DNA of 64,000 nucleotides from Thermodesulfobacteriota bacterium (GCA_049320885.1 JBMORA010000034.1:32001-96000), one strand, 5' to 3'; numbered from the stretch's first letter, positions 21,144 through 31,058 are shown. The notes: a model not told the origin generated them from the sequence alone. Numbers and translations are program-made.

Positions 21144-22334
21144 ATGCGATCCATGCTGGAAAATGTCAGGGTCATCGATTTCACGGCCAATGTTTCCGGG
21201 CCTGCGGCCAGCACTTTTTTAGCCGATATGGGAGCGGAGGTGATCAAGGTGGAAAAACCCGGGTTCGGAGACGACGCCCGCCTATTTCCGCCCTACAAGG
21301 CCGGATTCTCCGCCCCCTTTGTGGTCATGAACCGAGGCAAGAAGGGAGTTTGTATCGATCTTAAAAAACAGGAAGGGATCGAACTGTTTAAAGAAATCGT
21401 GAAACAATCCGACGTGGTGATGGAAAATCATCGTCCCGGAACCATGGAAAAATACGGTTTGGGTTATGAAGACTTGAAGGGGATCAATCCACGCCTGATC
21501 ATGCTCTCCCTGTCCGGGTATGGTCAATATGGTCCGCTTGCCGAACGACCGGCCTATGATTCGATCATTCAGGCCATGACCGGCATCATGGCCACCACCG
21601 GTTTCCCGGATGGACCGCCCACCAAGGCAGGCCCCATCGTCATCGACATCGCCACGGCCATGCAGGCGGCTTTTGCCATTTGCGCTGCTCTGTATGCCCG
21701 GGAAAAAACCGGCGAAGGGGAGTTCCTGGATGTTTCCATGTTCGATGTGGGAGTCAACCTCATGGCAGGGACCTGGACGGACTATACGGTCATGGGCAAT
21801 GTCCAGAAAAGAACCGGCAACCGGTATCCCTACGTCAGTCCTTTTGACACATATCAGGCCAAGGACGGGTATTTCATGATCTGCAGCGCGGGCGACACCA
21901 CCTTCCATCGAATCTGTGACGCCATGGGTAAACCGGAACTGAAAACCGATCCCCGTTTTTCGAATCTTTTTGTCCGCAACGACAATGAACCGGCATTAAC
22001 AAAGCTCATGCAGGAGTGGGTTTCCCGCCATACAACGGAAGAACTGTTGCAGCTTTCCGTCCAATTCGGATTTCCAGGCTCACCGATTCTGAATGTGGAT
22101 CAAGTGGTCAACCACCCCCATACCCGGGCCAGAGGCCTGGCAGTGGATGTGGACCAGCCCAATCGAGGCGTTATAAACATATACGGCCCCCCCACCAAGG
22201 CAAAAAACAGTGAAATCAAGGTTCGAGGTCCGGCGCCGGAACATGGCCAGCACAATGAATGGCTGCTGCGGGAGGTCCTGGGTAAAACCGTCGAGGAAGC
22301 GGCGGTCGTCCTTTCCTCCGGGGCGATGGGTTAG
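21144..22334 (+). CDS. CoA-transferase family III (CaiB/BaiF)
   Basis: LADMGAEVIKVE, NRGKK, ENHRPG, GYGQYGP, YDSIIQAMTG. Confidence 0.95.
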   Translation: MRSMLENVRVIDFTANVSGPAASTFLADMGAEVIKVEKPGFGDDARLFPPYKAGFSAPFVVMNRGKKGVCIDLKKQEGIELFKEIVKQSDVVMENHRPGTMEKYGLGYEDLKGINPRLIMLSLSGYGQYGPLAERPAYDSIIQAMTGIMATTGFPDGPPTKAGPIVIDIATAMQAAFAICAALYAREKTGEGEFLDVSMFDVGVNLMAGTWTDYTVMGNVQKRTGNRYPYVSPFDTYQAKDGYFMICSAGDTTFHRICDAMGKPELKTDPRFSNLFVRNDNEPALTKLMQEWVSRHTTEELLQLSVQFGFPGSPILNVDQVVNHPHTRARGLAVDVDQPNRGVINIYGPPTKAKNSEIKVRGPAPEHGQHNEWLLREVLGKTVEEAAVVLSSGAMG

Positions 22335-22337
22335 GGG

Positions 22338-22390
22338 GCAATCCCATTCGGACCGGTCGGCGGACCAGCCGGACTGAATGGGGGATTGCA
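22338..22390. terminator. Hairpin between convergent genes
   Basis: Imperfect GCAATCCCATTC...GAATGGGGGATTGC inverted repeat. Confidence 0.45.
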
Positions 22391-22394
22391 ATGA

Positions 22395-23375
22395 TCAGGT
22401 TTTTTCTTGTATATCCCTGACGGTTTCCGGCTGCAGACGGAATTTTTCGCGGATGCGCTCCAGGGAAACCAACCTGCCGGAACGGGCCGAGGGCGTAAGG
22501 AATGATTTGAGCTTCATTTCCAGGACCCGCGGATGCTGTTCGCTGCCGATGGCCAATATGCCGTCGGTGATGACCTTCTGCAGCAACAATTCATGCTCCG
22601 TGCGCTCCCGGATATTCACGGCAAAGGGTAAAAAAAAGAAATTGGCGAACACGATGCCGTAAATCGTCGATGTCAGGGCGATGGGAACCGTCGAAAGGAC
22701 AATCTCCGTGTCACCGACGCCCACAAGCATGGCGATCATTCCGACCACGCTTCCCACCAGACCGAAGGAAGGCGAGATCTCGGCCATGGTGAGCAATACC
22801 CGTTCACTTTTTTCCCGCCGCAGTCGGAAATACATCATCTCCGTATACAAGAGCTCCCGGATTTGATGCAGCGGATATCCATCCACCAGAAAGCCCAGGG
22901 CCCGGTGCAGGAACAGGATGGTGGTCTCCTTCTCGTCCTCCTGCAGCGCCAAAAGCCCTTTCAACCGGCATTTCACAGAAAGATCCACCAGGATTTCAAC
23001 AATTTCACTAATCTGTTTGACCGGCTGCCGATAGGAACCTAGCAGCACTTTATACACGATGATGAGCTGTTCGAGCCGGTAGCTGACAAGAGTCGCTCCC
23101 GCGGTTCCCCCCACCACCACAATCAAACCGGAAATATTGAAAAAGACGCCGAAATTCCCCTGCAATAAAAACCCCGATAAAAACAGCGCCACACAAATCC
23201 CCAGCCCCACCAGATTCCGGTTCCGGCTCATCCAGTTGAAAGAATGGGCAAAAGGCTTGGTCAGGGGTCTGGAGGTTCGGACATCACCAAAGGCATGGGT
23301 ATAATCATTTTTCAGCTCATGGATTCGATCATCATCATCTTCTTCCAGTCGTTCCGACCGCATTGTACGCTCCAC
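22395..23375 (-). CDS. MotA/PomA-family stator protein; start uncertain
   Basis: VVVGGT, GLLALQE, FLHRALGFLVDG, SPSFGLVGSVVGMI, ALTSTIYG, FFLP. Confidence 0.85.
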   Translation of the reverse strand: MERTMRSERLEEDDDDRIHELKNDYTHAFGDVRTSRPLTKPFAHSFNWMSRNRNLVGLGICVALFLSGFLLQGNFGVFFNISGLIVVVGGTAGATLVSYRLEQLIIVYKVLLGSYRQPVKQISEIVEILVDLSVKCRLKGLLALQEDEKETTILFLHRALGFLVDGYPLHQIRELLYTEMMYFRLRREKSERVLLTMAEISPSFGLVGSVVGMIAMLVGVGDTEIVLSTVPIALTSTIYGIVFANFFFLPFAVNIRERTEHELLLQKVITDGILAIGSEQHPRVLEMKLKSFLTPSARSGRLVSLERIREKFRLQPETVRDIQEKT

Positions 23376-24288
23376 CTAAAGGCAGTTCTCGCAAATGGCC
23401 CCGCCGCGCATAGGGCAATTCCCGGGTAATGAGGATTTCAACCCGGCGATTGGCGGCACGGCTTTCTTCTGACGTATCCGTATACATGGGTTGAATGTGA
23501 GCATAACCGCTTACATAAAACCGTTCTTCCGGCAGTTTCATCTCCTCAATCAAAAAGCGGGCCACGGCGCAGGCCCTCAGGGACGACAGTTCCCAGTTGG
23601 TGCCGAAACGCGTGGAATTCGTCGGCGTCGCATCCGTATGTCCAACCACATTGACCATGTATGGAAAATTGCCCAGCAACCCGGCGATTTGCCTCAATGA
23701 ATTCCGGGCATCCGGTTTCAGTTCCGACTGGCCGCTGGCAAACAAGACATCCCCAGGCAGGATAATGCGCACAGCCTGATTCGATCCCAGTTCAAGGGAT
23801 TGGAGATCGGCAAACCACTTGTCCTGCATGATGGGACTCCCCCATTCATATACATGCTCCACCAGCGGCGGAATGGTCTCCATACGGTCTCGTTTTTCCA
23901 CCGGCTTCGGTTTGCTTTCAACCGCTGTTTCCGCTTTTGCCTTGGACTTTTCCAGGTTGAAGCCCTGCTGGGTCGCCTTCTGAACATAGAGGACCAGGAA
24001 AAGCACGAACATCGTCATCATGACATCGGACCACAGAATGGACCAGTGAACGATCTTCTGCTTTCGTTTCCGGAAGAAGCCCAGGCTCTCGCTGGTAAAA
24101 TCCGGCTCGACATCCGGGAAATGTTCAGAGGAAAACGGCGCCGACGGTTCCGGGGTGTCGGCTGGTTTGCCCGGGGTGAAAACAGGCTCCGGACAAAACG
24201 AGAACAGGGGTCTTTGCATGGGACCGGATTTTCCGCTCTTTGCATGGGTGTTATCGGAATTGGCCGGTAAGGTCGATGTGGAATTCAT
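23335..24288 (-). CDS. MotB/OmpA-family stator protein
   Basis: TM WSILWSDVMMTMFVLFLVLY with the conserved Asp; LFASG, GHTD, NWELSSLRA, NRRVEI. Confidence 0.87.
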   Translation of the reverse strand: MNSTSTLPANSDNTHAKSGKSGPMQRPLFSFCPEPVFTPGKPADTPEPSAPFSSEHFPDVEPDFTSESLGFFRKRKQKIVHWSILWSDVMMTMFVLFLVLYVQKATQQGFNLEKSKAKAETAVESKPKPVEKRDRMETIPPLVEHVYEWGSPIMQDKWFADLQSLELGSNQAVRIILPGDVLFASGQSELKPDARNSLRQIAGLLGNFPYMVNVVGHTDATPTNSTRFGTNWELSSLRACAVARFLIEEMKLPEERFYVSGYAHIQPMYTDTSEESRAANRRVEILITRELPYARRGHLRELPLGGAYNAVGTTGRR

Positions 24289-24320
24289 GAAAAAGCCCTC
24301 TGATTGTATTCGAAAAGAAA

Positions 24321-24336
24321 GCCAAAAGCATGCCAA
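24321..24336 (-). promoter_or_regulatory. Sigma54 -24/-12 promoter of the motB-motA pair
   Basis: TTGGCATGCTTTTGGC = GG-N10-GC, about 30 nt upstream of ATG 24288. Confidence 0.65.
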
Positions 24337-24512
24337 AAGATCAAAAAAACACGTGGATTTTGTCCAGAAATCCGATCGCGGTCCGGCCGCCCTGATCCGG
24401 GATTTTTGAGGCCGGGTCACACCTGGGCCACAGCCGTCCTCCATTACCGGGAACAGCGGCGGCTTCTGGAACTACCATGGGAAAAATTTTCCGCCTGGGG
24501 TGATCTTATGAC

Positions 24513-25682
24513 TTATGTGTCGATCAGGCTGTACTCCGGCATGTTGAACAACTGACGTACGCTGAAGCCCAGGGTATCCGGCAAGTATCGTCCCCATATT
24601 TTGATGGGAATTTCATCGATATGGACGGCCGGACTCAAGCCGACGGCGAGAAGGTACTCTATGATATATTCAATGTTTTTTGGTATGTTGCCATAAAATC
24701 GCTGTTGCTGACGCTGATCGAAAATCCGCTTTTCATGCATGGATCTGCCGATCTCCGATTCCACGAGTTCCTTGTAGGTTGTGACAATCAGGTCGATCTG
24801 AATGGCAGGATACCCGGTCGCACCGAATGCAAGAAAGTCATCCGTAATCCCGGACACGGGCAGTCCCCGCAGGGAAAGGTTCATGGCGGGGGCCACGCTA
24901 TTAAATTTCTTTTGTAACTTCGAATAGTCAACCGGAACATCAACAATATAATGCACCGCATTATACATTCCCGTATGACGTTCTTTCTCGACGATCTCGA
25001 TACCCGGAAGACTCAGGACGGCTGTCTCCAGTTCCGCCTCATCCGGCGGATCCATCACGATCTTCATACCGAGCACATCCCGTATGGTCATGATCTCCAC
25101 CGGCAGCCGCAGGCCGTTTTCACGGATCTGCTCCATGACTTTCTTCTCAGCCCGAACCAGATCCGCCATGACACCGGGATCTTCCAACACTTCCGCCGGC
25201 AACCGTTTCGATAAGGACGGATGCGCCGCCGCCATGACTTCCCGGTGGATGAACTCGGAAGCGTACCGGCTGGCTTTTTCGGCCGTTCGCTTGATCCGTT
25301 TGAAGCGGCACATACTCAAAATCCGGTCGCGCTCGTCATGGTAGATCAGGCCGGCGATGGGCGAACTATTATAGTAGTACTCCGGTGTCCGCAGATAATC
25401 GTTGATCAATGCCTCGATTCTCGTTGTCCGGCGGTGGCCGGAACGGCACAGAAAATCCTTCAGCTCTTTCTTTGTGGCAATGGGCCTCAGGAAAACCGCA
25501 CCTTCAAACAGCAAGGGGATCAGCCTGCCGATAAAATCCTGAATGGTTTCCCAGGCAATGAAGCTGTCATAGGTGATGATCCGGGTTATCCGGATGGGAT
25601 CGGCTTCTTCCAGCTGATCGGACAACCAGCGGTTGGTGATTTCGAACAATTCGTCCCGGTGCGGGAAGGCCGAGATATACAT
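24513..25682 (-). CDS. Hypothetical protein with RelA/SpoT-synthetase-like nucleotidyltransferase motifs
   Basis: RFKRIKRTAEK, IRDVLGMKIV, GMYNAVHY, IQIDLIVTT...ESEIGRSMH in canonical order. Confidence 0.6.
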   Translation of the reverse strand: MYISAFPHRDELFEITNRWLSDQLEEADPIRITRIITYDSFIAWETIQDFIGRLIPLLFEGAVFLRPIATKKELKDFLCRSGHRRTTRIEALINDYLRTPEYYYNSSPIAGLIYHDERDRILSMCRFKRIKRTAEKASRYASEFIHREVMAAAHPSLSKRLPAEVLEDPGVMADLVRAEKKVMEQIRENGLRLPVEIMTIRDVLGMKIVMDPPDEAELETAVLSLPGIEIVEKERHTGMYNAVHYIVDVPVDYSKLQKKFNSVAPAMNLSLRGLPVSGITDDFLAFGATGYPAIQIDLIVTTYKELVESEIGRSMHEKRIFDQRQQQRFYGNIPKNIEYIIEYLLAVGLSPAVHIDEIPIKIWGRYLPDTLGFSVRQLFNMPEYSLIDT

Positions 25683-25729
25683 GCTTGCTTACCAGTTGTA
25701 TTGTCTAAAGGAAACGATGCGAACCCGGG

Positions 25730-25981
25730 TCATTTTTCGTCAACGGCTCCGTTCCTCACCGCGCTGATGATTTCCAGAATGTCCTCCCTGTAGTCCAACG
25801 GGGCGCTGATTTCGCCCCATCCTTTTTGCATCTGGAACAGGCCGTCATACGCCGTATCATGATAGGATCGCAGCAAATGCGGAATCTCCTGTTCCGTCAA
25901 TATGGAAGTGACCAGTTGGGATTCGATATCACTGTCCAATACGGCAATTTTAACGAAAAACTGTTCATTGGAATCGTTCAT
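25730..25981 (-). CDS. DUF2007-like putative signal-transducing protein
   Basis: ESQLVTSILTEQEIPH...YDGLFQMQKGWGEI pattern, 83 aa, AAGGA RBS. Confidence 0.7.
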   Translation of the reverse strand: MNDSNEQFFVKIAVLDSDIESQLVTSILTEQEIPHLLRSYHDTAYDGLFQMQKGWGEISAPLDYREDILEIISAVRNGAVDEK

Positions 25982-26028
25982 GGGTTCCTTTCTTTCCGCC
26001 ACCCGCCAGTCCCCCGCCATTCATCTGT

Positions 26029-26298
26029 CTATGCATAGGTATCGATCAATCTTCCCCTGGTTGCTACCCCTTGTGATACCATGCGCTGTTTTGCGTTGTA
26101 AATATCATTCTCTTCATTTGATTTCAGATAATACCGATATCGCTCCCCATTCAAGGCGCCGCCGTGCGGCTGCAAACCGCTTTGACCCTGCCCCTGCCCC
26201 CGGAAGTCCAACGCCGGCCAATCCGACGGCGAAGGAGCATGCCCCTGATCCTGGCGTTGAAAATACGGGATCAGATAATAATGGGTCTGAACATTCAT
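26029..26298 (-). CDS. Small hypothetical protein
   Basis: 89-aa ORF ending GRLIDTYA, downstream of a sigma54-like motif. Confidence 0.5.
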   Translation of the reverse strand: MNVQTHYYLIPYFQRQDQGHAPSPSDWPALDFRGQGQGQSGLQPHGGALNGERYRYYLKSNEENDIYNAKQRMVSQGVATRGRLIDTYA

Positions 26299-26405
26299 AC
26301 AACCGCCCGGAAGAATTCATCTATCATGATTCGCCGTCCAAGCCTCCTGGAAGAGATTCTCCCCACCGTTCCGGATTCCCCCGGCGGGACCAATGGAAAT
26401 TAACA

Positions 26406-26421
26406 TGCAAATTTCTTACCA
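26406..26421 (-). promoter_or_regulatory. Putative sigma54 promoter
   Basis: TGGTAAGAAATTTGCA = GG-N10-GC with TTGCA. Confidence 0.5.
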
Positions 26422-26584
26422 TAATCACGAAATTCCAAATCGTTACCACCCTGGCCGGGGTCAAAAGGAGACTTTACAATTTTCGGCCGGCTTGATAGAG
26501 GTGATCCCAGTCAGACCTTCGATTTTTCATCCCAGAATGCGGAAATTCTGCCGATGGAATCGAAACCATAGGTAAAGGACCGAT

Positions 26585-26902
26585 ATGGATACGGAAGCCC
26601 TTCCGGATTTTCATGGCAAGATCGTCGTTTTTTACATTTCCAACGCGCCCGACTCCCTCCAGGACGGCGCTGTTCTCGAATATATTTCCTTCAAGCAATT
26701 CGGCGGCAAACTGTTCGTCGTGGGCCGTGTCCCGGAAATAGACGCGGAAAACGGGGATTGGATCGCCAACCTCCAGGGAGGCATCGCCTGGGATGCGGTA
26801 ACGAGTTACCTGATCTTCGACTCCCGGGAAAACTATCTCAGCCGAATGGGATTGACGAAAACGCCCCTTATTCAAAGACTGTTTGCCCGCATATTCAACT
26901 GA
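26585..26902 (+). CDS. Hypothetical protein
   Basis: 105-aa ORF with AAAGGA RBS, co-oriented with the next gene. Confidence 0.65.
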   Translation: MDTEALPDFHGKIVVFYISNAPDSLQDGAVLEYISFKQFGGKLFVVGRVPEIDAENGDWIANLQGGIAWDAVTSYLIFDSRENYLSRMGLTKTPLIQRLFARIFN

Positions 26903-26928
26903 CCTGCAATGGGAAGGGAAGCCGTTAG

Positions 26929-28668
26929 ATGAACCCGAGCGGTGGAGAGCTGATTGCCGATATCCTGAGAGCGCATGGGGTGCGATTTCTGTTCACCCTC
27001 ACTGGAGGACATATCGCCCCGATTCTGGTGGGCTGCCATCATCGTGGAATCCGGGTGGTGGATGTGCGGGACGAAGTGAATGCCGTTTTCGCGGCCGACG
27101 CCGTTGCGCGATTGACCGGCATACCCGGGGTGGCGGCCGTAACCGCCGGGCCGGGGGTTACCAATACCATCACCGCCCTGAAAAACGCCCAAATGGCCCA
27201 ATCCCCACTGATTCTCCTGGGGGGGGCTGCTGCGACGCTGATCAGAGGCCGGGGATCGCTCCAGGACATCGATCAAATCTCCCTGCTGAAATCCGTGGTG
27301 AAAATGGCCGTCACCATCAACCGGAACTGCGATATCGCGCCGGCCATGGAACATGCGTTTCAGACGGCCAGATCGGGAGTCCCCGGACCTGTTTTCGTGG
27401 AATGCCCCATCGATCTCTTGTACAGTGAAAAGCTGGTCCGGGAATGGTATGGCGCCAAATCCAGGGAATCGGGCGGGAATGACATAAAAAGCAAGCTGTT
27501 TCAGTTCTATATGAACCGGCATGTCAACAACCTGTTCGCCTGCGACCTGAATGAGGTGAAAACCAGACCACGAGGCTGCTCCTTCCCGGAAGTCAAGACC
27601 GGCCACATCATCAAGGCTGAAAAAATACTGGAGGGCGCCCACCGTCCCGTTCTCATTGTCGGCAGCCAGGCCATGCTGGAGCCCTCTCAGTCCGGGAGAC
27701 TGCTCTCTTCCCTGGAGCGCATGGCTATCCCGGTGTTTCTGGCAGGAATGGCGCGAGGCGTTATGGGAAAAAGTCATCATTTGCAGATGCGCCATCATCG
27801 CAAGGAGGCCTTAAAAAAAGCGGACGTGGTGGTGATCGCCGGCATGCCCTGCGATTTCCGCCTGGGATACGGCATGGCCATCAACAGCCGGGCCACGCTG
27901 ATCGCCATCAATCGCAGCAAGGCGGATCTGATGCTCAATCGGAAGCCGGAGCTGGCTGTTCATGCCGACCCGGCTCAATTCCTGGCAGCCCTGGCGGAAC
28001 GCTTCGTCCCCGGGGGACGCTCCAGGGACTGGACCGCCTCCCTGCGGTCATCGGATGACGACAGGGAAAATGAAATCCGCAAAATGGCCGAAATGAAGAC
28101 CGATGGTGTTCATCCCCTCCGCTTGTTGACCCGGCTGGAGGATTTTTTGACGGATGAAAGCATTCTGGTGGCGGACGGCGGGGATTTTGTGGCTACCGCT
28201 TCCTATGTCTTGCGTCCCCGGGCGCCGCTGAGCTGGCTCGATCCTGGCGTGTTCGGCACCCTGGGGGTAGGCGCGGGTTTCGCCACGGGCGCCAAACTCT
28301 GCAGGCCGGACGCCGAGGTCTGGCTGATCTACGGCGACGGCGCTGCGGGATACAGCCTCCAGGAATTCGACACCTTTGTGCGTCATGGCCTTCCGGTCAT
28401 CGCCGTGGTGGGAAACGATGCCGCCTGGGCCCAGATCGCCCGGGAACAGATCGAACTGTTCCATAACGAAATCGCCACCGTCCTCCGCCGTTCGGATTAT
28501 CACACGGTGGCGGCCGGATTCGGGGGCATGGGCATTCTCGTAACCCGGGAAGAGGAAATTCAGCCGGCCCTGGAATCCGCCAGGCACCACGCCAGGGAAG
28601 GCATCCCGGTCCTGATCAACGTCCACATAGGTAAAACCGACTTTCGCAAAGGCTCCATATCCATGTAA
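26929..28668 (+). CDS. ThDP-dependent enzyme, acetolactate-synthase-like (IlvB-like / 2-hydroxyacyl-CoA lyase-like)
   Basis: [39 protein letters not shown], ThDP motif GDGAAG...NDAAW. Confidence 0.9.
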   Translation: MNPSGGELIADILRAHGVRFLFTLTGGHIAPILVGCHHRGIRVVDVRDEVNAVFAADAVARLTGIPGVAAVTAGPGVTNTITALKNAQMAQSPLILLGGAAATLIRGRGSLQDIDQISLLKSVVKMAVTINRNCDIAPAMEHAFQTARSGVPGPVFVECPIDLLYSEKLVREWYGAKSRESGGNDIKSKLFQFYMNRHVNNLFACDLNEVKTRPRGCSFPEVKTGHIIKAEKILEGAHRPVLIVGSQAMLEPSQSGRLLSSLERMAIPVFLAGMARGVMGKSHHLQMRHHRKEALKKADVVVIAGMPCDFRLGYGMAINSRATLIAINRSKADLMLNRKPELAVHADPAQFLAALAERFVPGGRSRDWTASLRSSDDDRENEIRKMAEMKTDGVHPLRLLTRLEDFLTDESILVADGGDFVATASYVLRPRAPLSWLDPGVFGTLGVGAGFATGAKLCRPDAEVWLIYGDGAAGYSLQEFDTFVRHGLPVIAVVGNDAAWAQIAREQIELFHNEIATVLRRSDYHTVAAGFGGMGILVTREEEIQPALESARHHAREGIPVLINVHIGKTDFRKGSISM

Positions 28669-28676
28669 GCTTTTCA

Positions 28677-29507
28677 TTATTTTAGCAAATTGATGACATT
28701 CTCCTCCTTGGCATTGGCCTGGGCCAGGGCGTAGGATCGCGCCCGGTTCAACAATTTGAGCCGTGACAATACCATGGATGCCTCGGCCATGTCCGCATCC
28801 CGGATGTTGGATTCAGACGCGAAGACATTGATCTGCGAAGTCGACAAATTTTGGATCGTCGAGGCCAGCTGATTCTGCACCGAACCGATTCGGGACCGGT
28901 TGGCGTTCAGGTCGCTCATCGCCTGGTCCGCAATTCCGATGGCTGCCTGGGCGCCTTCAAAGGTGGTCACATCGATTTCGCTCAACCGGCCGGCATCACT
29001 GTTGCCGAGTTCACCGGAAGCGGCGGAATCGATGGACAGGGAGATGGTTTCGCCCGCATAGGCGCCAGTCTGGAACGATTTATTCGTGAACTCACCGGTC
29101 AGCAGCCGTTGACCGTTGTAGGTGGTGGTCTGGGCGATCGTGTCCAACTGGGTCAGCATCTTGTCGATATCCGCCTGGATCGCCTGACGGGACGCAGAAC
29201 CCTGGCTGTCGTTGGCGGCCTGCAGCGCCTTTTCCCGTATCACCTGAATGATCCGGGAGGCGTTTTCCAGGGCGCCGTCCGCCACTTGCGCCATGGCCAC
29301 GGCATCGCTGGCGTTACGGATGGCCTGTCCCATACCGCGGGCCTGGCTCTCCAGTGAATCGGCGATGGTCATGCCGGAGGCGTCATCAGCGGCGCTGTTG
29401 ATGCGATGGCCCGAAGCGATGGTATCCAGCGTGGCCTGCAAGGACCGCTGGCCTTCCTGCAACGAACGGACCGCGAACATACCGCTGATATTGGAATTGA
29501 TTCTCAT
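28677..29507 (-). CDS. Short flagellin-like protein (276 aa)
   Basis: MRINSN, SGHRINSAADDASG, QAIRNASD, YNGQRLL, IGSVQNQL, SNIRDADMA. Confidence 0.92.
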   Translation of the reverse strand: MRINSNISGMFAVRSLQEGQRSLQATLDTIASGHRINSAADDASGMTIADSLESQARGMGQAIRNASDAVAMAQVADGALENASRIIQVIREKALQAANDSQGSASRQAIQADIDKMLTQLDTIAQTTTYNGQRLLTGEFTNKSFQTGAYAGETISLSIDSAASGELGNSDAGRLSEIDVTTFEGAQAAIGIADQAMSDLNANRSRIGSVQNQLASTIQNLSTSQINVFASESNIRDADMAEASMVLSRLKLLNRARSYALAQANAKEENVINLLK

Positions 29508-29522
29508 ACAACCCCCCATTGT

Positions 29523-29557
29523 AATTACGAATTACGAATTAGGATTTAGGAATTGCG
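29523..29557. repeat. Heptamer tandem array 1 (AATTACG type, 5 units)
   Basis: AATTACG AATTACG AATTAGG ATTTAGG AATTGCG. Confidence 0.9.
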
Positions 29558-29644
29558 GATGGATATCCATATGATATCCATTCTGTACGGATTAACCAGT
29601 AAAAAAAGATATACCCGTCCAGCGGTCCCGATTCGACGGAACCT

Positions 29645-30055
29645 TCATTCGTAATTCGTAATTCCTAATTCGTAATTCCTTCTATAAAACGCCGCCGCCG
29701 CCTGCTGCTGATTCCTCTTGAAATCCGCACGATTCCTGTTTTCTTCGCGCTGGAAGGCCTCCGCTTCTTGCTGCTGGGCGCGCTTGAATTCGATTTCATT
29801 CCGTCGGGCCCGATTTTCAAAAGCCTCGGTTTCCCGTTGCTGCTCACGGTCAAACTCCTGCTTCGCCCGGACGCGGGCCTGCTCGGAAAGTCGAACGGAA
29901 TAGGCGGCATCATCGCCTTGCTCATCCCCGGACGCATGGCGGCCGGCCCCTTTCAGGGCTGCTTTGCCCTCGGGTTGCATTGTCTGCGCCCCGGAAACCG
30001 AGAGCTGCGCAATGCCTGCCGTTATGTCATTCCCCATTACCTTCATTGAGATCAC
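29645..30055 (-). CDS. Small Q/E/R-rich helical hypothetical protein
   Basis: GAGG RBS; AYSVRLSEQAR motif; internal FxRxQQxExEAF repeats. Confidence 0.6.
   Translation of the reverse strand: MISMKVMGNDITAGIAQLSVSGAQTMQPEGKAALKGAGRHASGDEQGDDAAYSVRLSEQARVRAKQEFDREQQRETEAFENRARRNEIEFKRAQQQEAEAFQREENRNRADFKRNQQQAAAAFYRRNYELGITNYE
29647..29681. repeat. Heptamer tandem array 2 (ATTCGTA type, inverted relative to array 1)
   Basis: ATTCGTA ATTCGTA ATTCCTA ATTCGTA ATTCCTT. Confidence 0.9.
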
Positions 30056-30088
30056 CTCAGCGATTGAAATTGCCTTACAGCCGTGCCA

Positions 30089-30352
30089 TCAACCCGCGAT
30101 CTCTCCCGCCGCGTTATAGACGGCATTCTGATTCGCCGTCTGCTGTTCGGCTTGGGCCGCCTGACGCTCCTCCGTCTGTCGCCTGCGGGCCTCTTCCGAC
30201 AACTCCACCTGATAGGCTTCCTTTGGAGCGGTATTCGCTGATTCCTCAGTCTTTTCATTCCGCTCCGGCTCCCTCGCCGCGCTCCTAGCATCCTCGGGAC
30301 GCGCCGAATTCAACGCCTCGCCGCTGATACGCTCCAGCTGATTGATTTCCAT
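30089..30352 (-). CDS. Small hypothetical protein
   Basis: AAGGAG RBS before MEINQL; AYQVELSEEAR motif; ends VYNAAGEIAG. Confidence 0.7.
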   Translation of the reverse strand: MEINQLERISGEALNSARPEDARSAAREPERNEKTEESANTAPKEAYQVELSEEARRRQTEERQAAQAEQQTANQNAVYNAAGEIAG

Positions 30353-30401
30353 AAGCCAGCTCCTTCTTCTTTGTAAGGTTACGGTGTAATCCAGGACCGT
30401 T

Positions 30402-31037
30402 CTACCCGAACGTATCGACGGTCCCACCGGTTATCTGAACGGTCGTATCCGCTGAATAGGCTTTTTCAGCGCCGTATTGCCGAAACACCGGTTCTTCACG
30501 CGCCAGCGCCTTGTTTTCCCGCATTCGCGACAAGGTGTATTCCATGGCTGCTTCAGCCCCCATCTGGGCCGCCTGGGCCGCTATCCGGCGGTCCTGGGCC
30601 GAAGGATCCCGGGGCGCCAGGGCGGCCCGTTGCACGGCCTTCATTTTTTCAGCCGTGGCCTTGGGGTCGCCCGGCACTTTCCCCATATCGATGGACACTT
30701 CCCCGGCTACGGCATAAGATTTCCCATCCGGACCACGCTCGTACTGAAACCGGGCGCCGCTGCGGACATATTGTCCTCCCGCCGTCACATGGGCCATCTC
30801 ATGGGCTCGCACCGCCGCATCCGCCTGTTTCAACTGCTGGATCAGGTCCAATTCCGCCCGGGTCAACTCTCCGACGCCACTGATTTTCTTCCCTTCCGCC
30901 CCCCCGGATTGGCGGTTTCCGTTTGCGGCTCCGTCACCTCCCATGGTCTCACCGGACCGGGTTTTCACCTCCGGACGGGCAGAACCACCGTTTTCGACAG
31001 ACGGCTGAGGATATGGCTTCACGGTTCCGATTTTCAC
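30402..31037 (-). CDS. SprA/SrpA-related (HExxH) family protein
   Basis: VRAHEMAH, GPDGKSYAVAGEVSID, AALAPRDPSAQD; GGAGG RBS. Confidence 0.85.
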   Translation of the reverse strand: MKIGTVKPYPQPSVENGGSARPEVKTRSGETMGGDGAANGNRQSGGAEGKKISGVGELTRAELDLIQQLKQADAAVRAHEMAHVTAGGQYVRSGARFQYERGPDGKSYAVAGEVSIDMGKVPGDPKATAEKMKAVQRAALAPRDPSAQDRRIAAQAAQMGAEAAMEYTLSRMRENKALAREEPVFRQYGAEKAYSADTTVQITGGTVDTFG

Positions 31038-31058
31038 TCTTATACCTCCGCTAATCTG

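Noticed and set aside
22395..24288. Zorya (ZorAB) anti-phage system
   Set aside because: The MotA-like protein lacks the long ZorA tail and no ZorC/D/E-like genes are adjacent.
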